This document shows, piece after piece, positions 13,550-27,533 of a stretch of 64,000 nucleotides of DNA; position 1 is the first letter of the stretch; each line of letters begins with the position of its first letter. The position numbers and the translations under genes are program-made. Where the stretch lies: positions 5,518,001 to 5,582,000 of the forward strand of contig NW_026262672.1 in NCBI RefSeq assembly GCF_021869535.1. Direction: 5' to 3'. This DNA comes from Mytilus californianus (Eukaryota). Under the pieces are notes generated by a model. The model ran no database searches, was not told where the DNA came from, and was given only the letters and a program-made list of their open reading frames with translations.

Positions 13550-15184
13550 TCCTGAATTTATTTATACATGGATTTTGTACTATGCAAAAACGTACTACAA
13601 TAAATTAACGAATTACTATTTGGTATATGATTTAAGTATAGATAGTGGGTCTCATTAGGGTCTAAGCGTGATGCGGGAGTGGCTGTTTTTCTTTGTAAGC
13701 GCGACACGTGAAAGTCAAATTATTGTGCGTGAAAACGGGAAACAAAATCGGGCGCGACGCGTGAAATTACAAAAAAAAAAACCTGGGAATCCGGGAAAAT
13801 CGTAATTTTATTAAGCGTGAAATCAAAATGTGTTGTCAAAAGAAATGAATACTTGTTTGTATGTACGGTTTACAGTCATCGACATTCCGTAATTGGTTTC
13901 TGCATTTCCAAAACTGTATCCCGAAATGTCTTTCGTACATAGTTACATAGTTACATAATCATAAAAACTAATAACAATGTTCAGTCGAGTCCAAAGATCA
14001 AGAGGTGCGTTGCAGGATTCTTCTGTAGAGAAATTTTATTTTTCATTCTGGAAGTAATATAAAATCGGATCCGTCAAACATTTCATTTTGAAAATGTTGG
14101 GTAATTTAATCTTGGTCTCAGTAAAAAATATACTCCAATCCATCCCTTTATGCACAAATTACGTACAATGAAGGGCAAAAGGCATACACAATGCAATATA
14201 CACAACAAAATATTTAAACATATTACAACATTTTTCATTGTCATACAATATCTTCCAAGTTCCCATTCTTGAACAACTAATTGTTGTATCCAAAAATATT
14301 GAAGAAATTCAAAACATGGGGACATTTTTGTCAACTTTGGCTCCCTTCGTTTTGGCCTAAAATATAGCGGCTTTTTATTGACCGTTTTTCTCTGATAAGT
14401 GAGAGATTGCCGTTTTCATGCAAAAGATTGAGGACAAGTGAAGCATACCAACAGGAGGGATCAGTATTATAATAAATTAATAAAGAAAAAACGAAAATTT
14501 AAACATTGATACTGACATTAGTTTTACCTGATAACAGTAGTCCCAGGTTTAACATCGAAAAAAGACAGAATTGCTACCTACTTAAAATAAAAACATTGAG
14601 TTAATTTTGAAGTTTTTATGTCATCCCGAATTTCTTATAGTATCATTTGTTGACTGAATTTCAACATTTCATGTAGCTGCGAATATGTGAGTCTTCGGGT
14701 CGCCCTTTATAATCGGACTTCACACAAAAAAGCGCGATTAAAAACAGCGATCTTAAGAGCTACGTATTTGCAGCTACATTGAATGCTGACATTTCTTCAT
14801 CATTAAAACAGCCACAAAAGATGCAAATATATCAAATCTGAATAAAATATAGGTCCAGGAGAGCTCACAAATATCACCGCCCCCTGATCTTATTAATTTT
14901 CTAATCTCTTGTTAGAAGATCAATTCTTGTTTAGTAAGAAACTGCTTCTCCTTGGCTCTATTTATCACGCATTACAGCTGTAGAGTGTGCCTATTAAAAG
15001 CTTATAAAATGTCAGTTTCACTGCACCAAAAATAGTCTTTCGATGCGACTAAAAGATAAAGGAAAGGCCCTCTTTCGATTACCTTTTATCCAATTTTGTT
15101 CACATTTTCAAAAAAATCAAAAGTTACAAAAGGTAGACATTTTGTATATCTTTTGATGATTCAAAAGGCAGTTGAAATGGCCCA

Positions 15185-15424
15185 CTTTTTTTTTGTCAAA
15201 AGGTGTATAAAAGGGCAACTTTTGGTATTTAAAAAGGAAGACAATAGTTATATCAAAGATCGACTTTTTTTTTGTCATAAGGTGTATAAAAGGGCAACTT
15301 TCAGTATTTAAAAAGGAAGACAATAGTTATATCAAAGATGGACTTTTTTTGTCATAAGATGTATAAAAGGGCAACTTTTAGTATTTAAAAAGGAAGACAA
15401 TAGGTATATCAAAGATGGACTTTT
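15185..15424. repeat. Left subterminal tandem array (about 78 bp x 3)
   Basis: Unit TGTCA(A/T)AAGGTGTATAAAAGGGCAACTTT...AAAGAT(C/G)GAC; unit starts at 15194, 15273 and 15350. Confidence 0.9.
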
Positions 15425-17646
15425 AGTTATTCCAAATGTATCCATATCAAAACAGAAGTTAGACTTTTGGATAAATTTGATCCTCAAAATAGTACCTTTT
15501 GTTCAAAAAAAATTAACAATTTTATACCTTTTGGAAACAAAATGTTGATAAAATATGAACAAAAGAAAAGCATGGTAGGCAAGATTTCCATATGCATATC
15601 ACCTCTTTTTTTGTTGATGAAATATGCAGAGAGAAACTATGTTTGGGTATCAAAGCAAGTTCAAATTAAGCAACTCATGACAAAAGATAGGCAAAAGGTC
15701 AACATTTAATGGCATTTTATAAAAAAAACAAGGTGAACTTTTGAGATGAAAGGCATAAAAATGTCAGTCAAATATGACCTTTTGAATATCAATTTTGACA
15801 TAAAAGAGACCTACATTTTTAGCTTTCTAGAGTGTTGTAATTCAAGAAGGTCACCAGAATGCAGCCGTTTTGTACTTCTGCATGTCTTAAGGGGCCAAGT
15901 CTTATCACAAACGTAAACCTAATATCTTAGTCAAATAATAATGTTTCCTGCTCTAATCTTCTATACCCTCATCAGTGGTTTGTCCTGTAGTAAAATGTGT
16001 GTACTGTTTTTGTTAACATGTTGTATTGTGTTCAGGGTGTGATACCCTCAATGAAGCATTTGAATTAAGTTTCTTTTGCAAAATCACCTGTCCAATGGCA
16101 AGTTTTTAATATATTGTTGCATTTGAGTAGACTCAATTGACCAGTCCATAGGGTCTTCTTGTAAATGGTGATTACTTTAACTGCCTTGTTATTTGTTCAA
16201 CATGTTCAAGTCCTTTTATAGCTGACTTTGCGGTAGGGTCTTTGCTAATCATTGAAGACAGTACAGTGACCTGTAGTTGTTTATTTCTGAGTAATCTGGT
16301 TTCTTATGAAGAGTTGTCTCATTGGCAATTATACCATACCTTCTTTTCTATATTTATATAACTTAAGAATCCATCTATAAATAGTCATTTCATATTTGCT
16401 AATTTGTTTTGTGCACTTGAATCGCACCAAAATTGCAACAAAATGAAAACATTTTTTTTAATTTGTTTTTTAATTATTATTTGATCATCCACTTCAAGTT
16501 ATCCCCCACATCTGGGGTCTCTTTATTGTTCATGTCCCCTCTGACTCTGGTCTGCAAAAGTCTTCTGCTCTTGGTGGAGCATATATCTAAATATGCTCCA
16601 TCCAATTTGGCTTTATACTCTTTGAACTTGGGCGACTGCCAAGAGGGTTGATGGGTTATAAAACCCTCTTGGCCTTCTTCATCTGAGGACATGTACATTG
16701 GCTTTAAAGCCTCTGTAATTTTGGCCTTTTTTACTGCGCTAATATCATGATTTTCAAGTGCTACTAGTCTTCTTTTTGCTTTCTGAAAAAAAAAAGATTT
16801 AACATATAGAATTGTAACCTTTAAAAGATTCATTTAGTAAATACAATTTTCTGTAAGCATTAAAAATAATGTGATGTTTGGTTACATACAGTACTGAAAC
16901 AAAAAATAGGGTTTGTATGTTGACAATTTTAATACATTAGTCATTATCATCATCAGTAGTCATTATCCCTAAAAAGACAATTTTTTTTCTCTTGTTTTTT
17001 TTTACACACTGTGTATCTGTAAGCTGTTTTTTTAATCAAGAAATTTACCCCAACTGAATACTGAATAAGTCAATCTAACAACAAAACCTGACAACTAAGT
17101 TGATATTGAAAGAACAAAGGTCACTGTACCTTATAGCTAGGTAAAAGTGGTACATGATTGAGCTTATAAAATATTATCATAACAAAATAGTCATTTTCAC
17201 ATTCATGGAACAAATATCTTTTCTTTCTCAGAGTCTTTCTGTGTATTTTAAAATGTCCTATAATTGTACAAGGAGTATTATCTATGAGTCTTTCATAAAG
17301 ATATTCATTTTAAATATTGATCATGAATTATTCACAAATAACTTTTCTGGCATTATATGATAAACACCTATTCTCATAATGAATGTTGATGCTTCCCCAA
17401 CACTTATGACTGATGAGAGAATAACAACACATTATCTGTCAATTAGTGTTATTTTCATATAAATGAATGATTTTAAAAGATTCATTTTACCTGCCTACTG
17501 TATAATTATAGTGTCGAAATTAGTGCATGTTGCCAGTAACAGAGCTAAAATGAAATGACTGCCTAATGAAAACCAAGTTACAGTTCTAAATGAATAAAAG
17601 TGTTTTCCAATAGTATATAAAGTTACGAAGCTTCTGTGACCTTTAA

Positions 17647-18120
17647 GGTAGATAAGGTGTCTTCCTCCATCTTTGATTTTGAAATACCAGAAAACAATCG
17701 GTCTAGATCTTTAATATAATGTGCAAATTTTGAGAGTAGTAGGTAATTCATGTGAAAGAATTTTCATTTCAATATAGAATATGACATGTTTTATTATATT
17801 TATGGTTGAATGTTTGATTCAATTTTTTATAACTTTGCCACATAAGGGGAGGCAATTAAATGTAAGGGCAGATAATTCAGATAAAGTTACTTTTACAATA
17901 GAATGTGTTATGAATTTACCTATTTTATTATGAAGCAAGAAAACGAGTCCTGTGACCCCATTTTTTCTTGTTCTTATCTCAAAGCATAATAATAGAGTTA
18001 TCTTCTCAAATTTTATCTCAAAATTCTATGGTGTAGTTTTTGTGTTATGGCAGAAAATTGGGTTTATTATTATTATTATTAAAAAATTCTATGGATTATA
18101 ATTTAGACACCCCATCTACC
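17647..18120. mobile_element. Kolobok-type MITE
   Basis: TTAA on both flanks (17643-17646, 18121-18124). TIR GGTAGATAAGGTGTCT vs GGTAGATGGGGTGTCT. Confidence 0.8.
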
Positions 18121-20989
18121 TTAATATATTATGGCAATCTGATTAACTTGTTTCTTCATTTTAGAGATATACTGTAATTGTACTTTTTTCCCCAGGTACT
18201 TATTTTCGCGTATTGTGTATTTCAAAAAAGTTTGCGGGTATTTCTTTTCACGATTTTTTCTCAAAAATAATAAAAAAAATTGTTTTATAGTTGTGTGTAA
18301 ATCTGAACTGTATTTAAAGTGAAATCGTAAATAGCCGTCAGGTATACTGTATTGCACACTGGGTGATTAGTGCATGCATTTCAGAATGTAAAAGATGACA
18401 GTTTGATAAGAGTTTCGGTTAAGTCCAGTATTGCAAGAGTCGCACTCGGTAAATGACAAAATGTAGTAAATTTGGTTATTTGTAAATTATCTTCTTGTGT
18501 ATTTGTTTGTGCTTGTTTTATTTTCATAATATCTAATTATAGATGAAATTTTGTTTATTATCAAATCATTACAGTAAAGCTTTCAAAAACATTGTCTGCT
18601 ACTATACACACATGTTTGTAAATCAATCAATAACAATAACAATAGAAAGTCATATGGTTCAAGGTAATCTCGAGTCATTATTGATTCTTTGACCTTTAAT
18701 TGGTTTTTACTTGTCACCTGTTGATATTAATCTAGTTTGTTTATTAATCGGATAAACAGGGTTGTAAACATGTCATGTCATCGACGTAAGGTTAAGTTTA
18801 CATGCATAGATGAACAGTAAGTTTTCAGTTAAAAAGTTGGATTTAGATTCGTGTGTATTTATTTTCGCAACAATAAACCAACCGCGAAATTTGTGAATAT
18901 AAATACATCGCGAAAATAACTACAATTACAGTATATTTAACAAGTGTTAGGCTCTGGGCTCCTTTTGTGACAGCAAATTGTAAATAATGATACATACCTC
19001 CTTTTTCCTTTCATACAGAGCTCTTTTTCTCTTTTCACCCTCATACTTGTTCTTGCTTATAGCAGATTGCTGCTGCTTCTTGGTTGAAAAATATCTTGCC
19101 ATTGCACCTACAAAAATCAGTAGCACAATCAAATCTGTGACTATATGTTTTATAATAAAAATTCATGATGTGTAAATATATATATATATATATGAATTCT
19201 TTATAGCTAATACCACTTTTTTAAAAATCTAGGGATCAAACTTGGGTCTAGAAACTATAGATTGTCAAATCTTTCTAAAAAAGTGGGTGCATTTTGTGGA
19301 GGTGTATTAACAATCAATGTGAAATGAGAATACATGTTTCCTTACAGTGTGATTGAAATCAAAGTGCATTGGGGACATATCAGAAAATGGGAGCGCTGAG
19401 AGGTTTGATTTTAATCAGGCTGGGTTCCTAGGTAACTGCATGCATTTATTTTATTATTATTAAATTATTATCTTCAAATCATACATCAATTGTAGATTTT
19501 AAATAACTAATTATAATATTTTATTTGTATCTAAAGAGAGACAACTCTTCTCTTTAGCAGAATGATCAGATTGTAAATTATATTTCCTCATTTTACAATT
19601 TAATAAAATACAAGGAAAAAGTAAAGACTACTGTAAGCTTTTGAAATTCATATCCACTTACAATTCAATACGGTGATGTCATTGTATGCTGGATTCCAGC
19701 CTTTAACAAATGTCACAATATGTGATGTCATATTTTTGTTTACTGCATCACTAACTCTGAAATGAAAAACATATACATGTACATTCTTGCTAATGTATAT
19801 ACTGAGTATACCTATTATATCAATGCATATATCAAGTTTTTGATAACTATATTGTAATCCAATTTTTGTCTTTTAAGTGTATTTAGCTAAGTTGCACATA
19901 CAGGTTGAGACCACTAATTACATTTGAATAGTAATTTTCAAAATACTAATAAATAAAACACAGCCTTGAAAAATTGACCAATCGACACTATGAACTGTAA
20001 TGCATTGTGAGTTACTACAAATTTACTAGGCATCACATAAATCATATAGAATTATATGTTAAAAACTATGAACTCATATAGTGTATTAGACTCAAATTCA
20101 ACATTGTTTTTTATTAGACAACATATAAATTGTAAAATCTATAACAATACATTGTCTTCAATTTGCATGCACAGGTTAAAAAAAATTCTCTGGTGCCTGA
20201 AACAACCAACATCAACGTGTTTTCCTTCTTGTCAACACAGTAGAACGGGTTTAGACCATTAGATTTGCTTAAGCTTTGTACACAAGCATTCATTACGTGA
20301 AAACAAAATTTTAGGTGCTGATCAAATATTGTAATAATACCTTTTTCCTTCAAAGCTCCAACAGAGACCTTTTTCTTCTCCATCCTTGTACCCTTGTTTC
20401 ACAGCATTCTACAACATCAGAGTTCATTAAAGATTTTTTTTTTGCCAATTGAATTACTAAAATAATTAAGGAATAACTGTACTGTAAATGAAGAGTTGCC
20501 ACCGTCAATTGTCGATTTGACAGTCGAAAATACAGTCTTACTGGGGAGGCGTAGTAATAACAAAAAGAAATGATATGTTAGAGCTTGAAAAAATGTATAA
20601 ATTTGACAATAAATCGAAAAAATGTATAAATATGACAATTAAAAAAATTCTGCAAAACTTCACGAATAATTTTGGTGCAAAGACGCTAAACGTGATGTCA
20701 TACAAATGAAAACTTACAATATGGAGGTTATTATGTTACCTCTATGATTCAAATTTTGATAAAATCACATTAATACAGTAAATTCAAGGTAGGTGTTGTT
20801 TAATTGTGATAATATTGTAGTTATCTAACATTTGTTGATCCGATTAATTTTAAATGACGGGTCCCTCCTTACTTACGTCTTATCAACTGTGGATTTGACG
20901 GTAACTTTTAGCCAATGAAAAAAATTGTTACATAAATAATGCATTCGAATTTTGCATTTATTTAAGTTAAAAATTATAGGGCCTTGTTT

Positions 20990-21216
20990 GAGGGTGGTAA
21001 TGGGGGTAACTTCATGACGAATAATGGTAAAAATTCTTGCCAAATGACGTTAACGGTATTTTTTGGTGCATGACAATAAAATATGCACTTTCTTTTAGAC
21101 GACAAATCACCATAAAGATATTTTGATGAATCACGGTAAAATCTTAATCAATTTGACGCTAACGGTAGCCTTAAATGGCCTTTTGACGCCTGACGTTAAA
21201 GGGCATTGCTACCCTC
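20990..21216. mobile_element. MITE with GAG..CTC termini and a 6-bp TSD
   Basis: TIR GAGGGT(G/A)G(T/C)AATG; TTGTTT on both flanks. Confidence 0.75.
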
Positions 21217-22740
21217 TTGTTTATACTGTTTGGCTCTTAAAACTATATATTTTGCCACAAGCAAGGGGTAAAATACAAGAATTCAATTTCATTTTAAGTC
21301 TCCCTTATCCTATTAGTAAGGAAAAATGGTGACATTGATTACTGTTATTCCTTTTGTTTGTTGCCATTTTTTGTACTTTTAAGTTGTATTTTTTAAGTTT
21401 ACGAAATTAAGAATGTGCAAGTTAACAAGTAGTTTCTGAGTTGAAAATGTAAGCTTTCCTTTGCTCTTTGCCATACAAAGTCATCAAGTCTAAAAAAATA
21501 TAGATATACAGACAAAAACAGAGTCAAACTCTTGAAAGCTGTGCATGTGAAAATGGATTGACATGGGGTTAAATTTAAAAAAGCCATCAAGTTATCCCCA
21601 CTGATAAAAAAAATTACCTTAACTCCTATTGGAACTACCAGATTTTCTTTGGATTTTGCAGAGCTGTTGTCATGTGCTGTCTGTGCTTTCAGTGCAAGAT
21701 TTCCTCCTGCCTCTCATATATTCTTATTAATAAATCTCTTTGACCTGTGCAGATGAAGAAAAAAGGGTTAATGAACAATTGGACTAATTCAATTTAAATA
21801 CAGAAATAAAATACACAATTTTGTATACCTTGTTTTACGAAAAAAATCTTGTCTTGCACCTTAGCCTTACCCTATATTTTTACACCCTCATATCTAATTA
21901 TATTTAATCTCTAAGTTTTTTAAATGGATCATATTAAGATTTGCCAGGATATCATTTCTGTGCTTAATTAGTGGTTTAAACTGGTCTTTGAGTGTGAATA
22001 ATTTTTATGCACCAGCCACCTGTCCTATGACATGGACCTGTTGTTCAGTGGTTGTCGTTTGTTGGTGTGATTCATATGAGTTTATCGTTTATGGTAGTTT
22101 TTTTTATATAGATTAGACCAATGGTATTTCTGTTTGAATTGTTAAAACTAGTCATTTATGGGCTCTATATAGCTTGCTGTTTGTTGTGAGCCAAGGCTCT
22201 AGATCTGTGTTAAAAGTCATACTTTAACCTGATATCATTAACTTTTTATACATTCTGACTAGGATATGGAGGTTGTCTCATTGGCACTCATACCACATCT
22301 TCTTATTTATATAATATTACACACGCATGATCTTCATTATATTTGTGAACAGCAAGCAAAAACCTATTTCTAATGAAAAATCAGTAGATTGCATCCAAGA
22401 AAAAAACTTTTGTTACATATAAATTATTAGACCAAATTTGATAAAAAAAAATCACAATTTCATACACTTTTGTTATTCTTTAAAGAAAGAAGAAATCTTT
22501 TAAAAAAGGATGTGTTTTAGTAGTACATTTTTGGTCTGGTGAGAATTAGTCTGCAGCAGCTTCTATAACAAAACTACAACTTATCAATATATTGCAAATT
22601 TTCTGAAAACTAAAGGGCAACATTCACTGTACTCCTGTGGAGATACAAATTCCCTAATATCAAAAGGTCAGTATTACTCGATTTATTTCACTTGACTGGG
22701 CAGAGTTTAACTGGTTGGCTCATAATAAACCAGTCCATCT

Positions 22741-23169
22741 CCCGGGGGAGTTACTTCCTATATTTTTAGTGGTATGAGTGTGCCGCAAAACAGGGTCACT
22801 TTTTCATGCCCTGCTTGTTAGAACAGGGTCCCTTTTTAATGTCCTGCTGGTTAGAACAAGATCGCTTTTTCATGCCCTTCTGGTGAGAACAGGGTCTTTT
22901 TTAAACAAAGTATTTGTCTAGAAAAGGGTCGCTTATTTAACTGTTTAAGATACAGTTTAGAACCCGGGTCTAGAACTGCATCTATTTTATATGGTCTAGA
23001 ACAGGGTATACATTTTTTTAGCGTGTATAGAACAGGGTATGTTTTTCAATATTTTTGTTAAGAACAGGGTATGTTTCTCAATTTTTTCTGGTTAGAACAG
23101 GGTATGATTTGGCAAGTGCTGTCGGCACAGTTATACCTGAAAGGAGAGTCAGTAACCCCCCCCCCCGGG
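22741..23169. mobile_element. MITE with CCCGGG termini and an internal TAGAACAGGG repeat
   Basis: Ends CCCGGGGG..GTTAC and GTAACCCC..CCCGGG; TCCATCT on both flanks; many internal AGAACAGGG copies. Confidence 0.8.
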
Positions 23170-23901
23170 TCCATCTATAGATAGGTTTTTAGAATAAACT
23201 CATCAATGAAGCGTCCAGTCATTCTTTTGTAAATTCCTTTGAAGACACTGATAAGTGATTAGAAATCAGTAATAATTATAACAGCAATCATCCTAATCAC
23301 ACACATCTTCAAATAGACTGTCCATATGCAAAGTAAAACGTAAGCTCTGCTCGATCAGTTGAAATAACATTGGTTATATGTGTCAGTTATAACATTGATA
23401 AATCTTACCAAGACTGTGGATATCATTGGAACTGGTATTCATGGTATTCATGGACCTTGCATTTGGTGTACTGGACTCTCTACAAGGACCACTGCTGCCA
23501 ACACCACTTGTCCTTGGTGTATTAATACTACTTGTGCTTGGTGTATTAATACTACTAGTGCTTGGAGTATTCAACATGTTCCGGACTGGTGTTTGACTTA
23601 TCTGCAAAGATATTTTCATTTCTTAGGTGTTAAGCAGTTTCCTCTCTGCAATTTTACAAATAGCCTGTATTTCAGTATGTGTACTTGCACAGTCGCCTGA
23701 AGATTTCATAATCATAGCGAAAAAATGGTGGATATAAAATATTTTTAGTAGTATTATAATAGAATAATAATTATAATACTACTAAAATTATTTTATTTCC
23801 ACCATTTTTTCACTATAATTATGAAGTCTTCAGGCAACTGTGGTACTTGCATGTCTTATGTTTATATTCTGTATGCTGAGACATGGAACACTGTAATAAA
23901 T

Positions 23902-24090
23902 GAGGGGCCTGATGGGGGGGTCTCATCACGATTCACGAGTTGATTTTTTTGTCAATCACGATTCACAGAAAATAAATTTCCATGATCACGGATCACGAAA
24001 ATATAAAAAAAATTAAATCTGTAGAAAAACGGATCACGATAACGAAAATGCGCCGATCACGAAGAACGAAAATAACCCATCAGGCCCCTC
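23902..24090. mobile_element. MITE with GAG..CTC termini and a 6-bp TSD
   Basis: Perfect 15-bp TIR GAGGGGCCTGATGGG; ATAAAT on both flanks. Confidence 0.85.
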
Positions 24091-26344
24091 ATAAATAAGT
24101 ATCAATATGCCAAAAATAAAATATAGGAATACAATCACATCCAATTCATGGTCAGATTATATGTTTTTATACAGACAAGTTTGTCTAAGAATTTACCTTT
24201 CTTATGCATGTCTTAGTTTCTAACAGTATGTCCCATGCTAAATTTAGACATTGGGGTTTTCCATCTGATTTTCGTTGATGTAAGCGATTATGAGGATTTC
24301 GTTATAAAATTGTTGCAAAGTGCTTTCTTTGAATATCACCAGTTTAATGATTTATAAACTAAAACCGGCGCTTCTCTGTCTACTAAGATTTGTTCTGTAA
24401 TAGAAAATCCAATATTGACACAGCCTATGCCCCTTAGATCATCATAACAATATATGTTCTCAGTGAGTGGATATTGAGTTATCTTGTAAAAGGCTGATGG
24501 AATTTGCGTTTAAATACATGTATACACACTTACTCTGCTTACTTGTCTTGATGTGGATGAATTCTGATGAAGGATATCAGGACTTGTTGCCAGGAATTCA
24601 TCCGTCCTTACATCATCCTCGCTTAGACAGTCTTCATGCTCGCTGTCTTGTATCACATCTCTTAAATTACGTGCTGCTCTCTGTCGAACACGACTCCTTT
24701 GAATATCAGCAAGAGGTGTTTGGTCCAAAGTTTCATCATCAGAAATATCGTTGAAAGACATGTTTGATACTAGATCTACAGTGATGACAACATTCGTGTT
24801 TGAATAGGCGCCGAAATCGCAAGAATCGTGTCTGCGGCTGTGTAAAAGAGATAAGGATGGCATGCCAAGATGCTGATTGGCTACGTTAAAGACATTTCCA
24901 TATACAGATTGGAAAATAACCAAAACTTCAACCGCATGGGATTGATACTTCAGCGCCATTATTGAACCTGAGAGTTTTTATCAGCTTAGATTTTTTTTAT
25001 AAATGGTGTAAGTATATCATTTAAAAAGCCTCTTAAACTTTACAGAAAAAAATATGGATATTGTGGTATATATATGTGCCCTTGTCCAAAGGTTCAATAG
25101 CCTGCAGCACCACCACTGAGTGCTTCAATGAGAAACTCACTAGAGAAAATCTCCTTGACACTTACAAATACCTACATGGTTTAAAATATGTATCTTGTTT
25201 TTATCTTATACCAAAAATTAAAAAAGAAATTGAAAAATATTACTTACTGTACATGTACATATGCATTTCAGCCATTTGCATACAAAAAATTGAAATTATA
25301 ATTTTAATCCTAAACAATATTGTTAAACCAGGCATGCACCTGCCAGTTAATGTTTTTTCTATATAAAAAGAGGGGGGATATGACCTTTATTGGGACTCCA
25401 GGATCGGGTGTTTTTAAGCTTTGGATTTCTGCATTGACCCTTTTGGGATCCAGGAATTCTTTTTTCGAATTTCTGGATGTCGGATGTCAGGATTTAAATT
25501 CATTTAAAATTCGGGACCTCAGGATTTCGTGTTTTTAAGTCCAGGATTTCGGGATCAGGACCCCTCCTACCCCACCCCCACACCCCCACCTCTATAAAGA
25601 AGAAGAAGAAGAACAAGATGCATGTACATTGTTAACATTATAAAAGAACATATATAACAGAGTCAACAGAGTCATAAATTTACATATTTTCACTGTTGAA
25701 CACTGTTTAAAGCAGAATTATTTTTAATTTAAAAATTATTTATGGCAGTGGTGGATCAAGAGTAATTTTCAAAAGGGGGGTAGGTGACATCTTTTTTTAT
25801 TCATATTAAAATTATTTCCTCAGCCATAAAAAAGATGTTTGCCCTAACCCTTACCTACCCTAAAAAGAGCCGCATACTCAAAATATTTTCTTGTCCTGAT
25901 GTGAAATTTTTTTTTCAATCAGATAGGCATGGAGATAAAAAAAACATTTGACACATTAATTTCTCTTTGTCAAAAAAGAAAAAAGACAATGCCTACTTTC
26001 CTGATTAAACTGATTCAACCTTCGGGTAGGATTTGGACAAACCAAATTATTTTTATAAGTGTGGCCCAGTACCATTGCTAACTTGTACATTTTGTACCAA
26101 TATAAAAAAAGAAGATGTGGTATGATTGCAATAGAGACAAGTCTCCCCACAAGATACCAAATGACACAGTAATTAACAACTATAGGTCACCATACCACCT
26201 TCAGCAATGAACAATTAATTTAAGATAATTTAAGAATTTAAGAATAAATTAACACTATTAAAAAAATGTATATCTCCAGATTCCAAAGGTCACCAAATTG
26301 GCAGGTGAGCCACAAACTCTTTCAGAGTCTAGTTTGATGACCTG

Positions 26345-27500
26345 TTTTTATACGACTGTAAAAAATTTTTGCGGTCGTATATTGGTATGACGTTGGCGTC
26401 GTCGTCGTCGTTGTCGTCCGGCTTTGTCGTCGTCGTCGTTGTCGTCCGGCTTTGTCGTCGTCCGAAGACACATTGGTTTTCGCACTCTAACTTTAGTTTA
26501 AGTCAATGGATCTCTATGAAATTTTACCACAAGGTTCAATACCACTAAAGGAAGGTTGTGATTGATTTTGGGGGTTATGGTACCAACAGTTAAGGAATTA
26601 GGGGCCAAAAATAAGCATTTTTTTTAACTTCCAGACATAACTTGTGTGTTAGTGTATGGATCTCTCTGACATTGTACCACAAGGTTCCATATCACACAGG
26701 GAATACTGGGATTGATTTTGGGGTAATTGCCTCAAAATATTAGGAATTAGGGGCCAAAAAAGGGGCAAAAAACAAGCATTTTTCTAGTTTCATGACAATA
26801 ACTTGTGTGTAAGTGTATGGATCTTTCTGAAATTGTACTACAAGGTTCCATATCACAAAGGGAAAGCTAAAATTGAGTTTGGGGGTAATTGCCCAAAACG
26901 TTTAGGATTAAGGGGCCAAAAAGGGGCCAAAATAAGCATTTTTCTAGTTTCCAGACAATAACTTGTGTTCAAGTGTATGGATCTCTCTGAAATTGTACTG
27001 CAAGGTACCATACCACAAAGGGAAGGCTGGGATCGATTTTGGGGGTAATTGCTTCAAAATTTTAGGAATTAGGGGCAAAAAAAGGGGCAAAAAAACAAGC
27101 ATTTTTTCTAGTTTCAGGACAATAACTTGTGTGTAAGTGTATGGATCTTTATGAAATTGTACTACAAGGTTCCATATCACAAAGGGAAAGCTGGGTTTGA
27201 GTTTCGGGGTAATTGCCCTAAACGTTTAGGAATTTGGGGCCAAAAAGGGGCCAAAAAACAAGCATTTTTCTAGTTTTATATATAAAAGCAAATAATAATG
27301 ATATGGTTTGAATAGGTAAATTTAAAATTTTTAAGTTCTTAGACCACATTCATTCTGTGTCAGAAACCTGTGCTGTGTCAAATATTTAATCACAATCCAA
27401 ATTCAGTGCTGTATCAAGCTTGAATGTTGTGTCCATACTTGCCCCAACTGTTCAGGGTTCGATCTCTGCGGTCGTATCAAGCTGCGCCCAGCGGAGCATT
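26345..27500 (+). mobile_element. Helentron/HINE (DINE-1-like) non-autonomous element with an internal array of about 180-bp units
   Basis: T-rich start with the ATACGAC/GCGGTCGTAT sub-inverted repeat, a (GTC)n microsatellite, 4-5 tandem units, a second GCGGTCGTAT and a short GC hairpin at the 3' end. A reverse-oriented fragment occurs at 54715-54930. Confidence 0.75.
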
Positions 27501-27533
27501 TTATTTTTATTTATTAAACGTTTTTATTTCAGA

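Larger units (their letters stand above)
16477..24959 (-). pseudogene. Predicted 7-exon accessory (ORF2/TnpA-like) gene of the CACTA element, about 438 aa, with one 1-nt frameshift
   Basis: Exons 24959-24543, 23601-23409, 21744-21618, 20408-20341, 19756-19662, 19107-18998 and 16782-16477. All introns are GT-AG with matching phases, and exon 3 is one base short. The C-terminus (AMARYFSTKK..RKKEKAKRR..YMSSDEE..PSWQS..LD..RVRG..P..W) resembles the second ORF of animal EnSpm elements. Confidence 0.75.

Noticed and set aside
20114-20383. 89-aa minus-strand ORF in the track
   Set aside because: The splice-consistent accessory exon (20408-20341) uses a different frame; the rest is intron.
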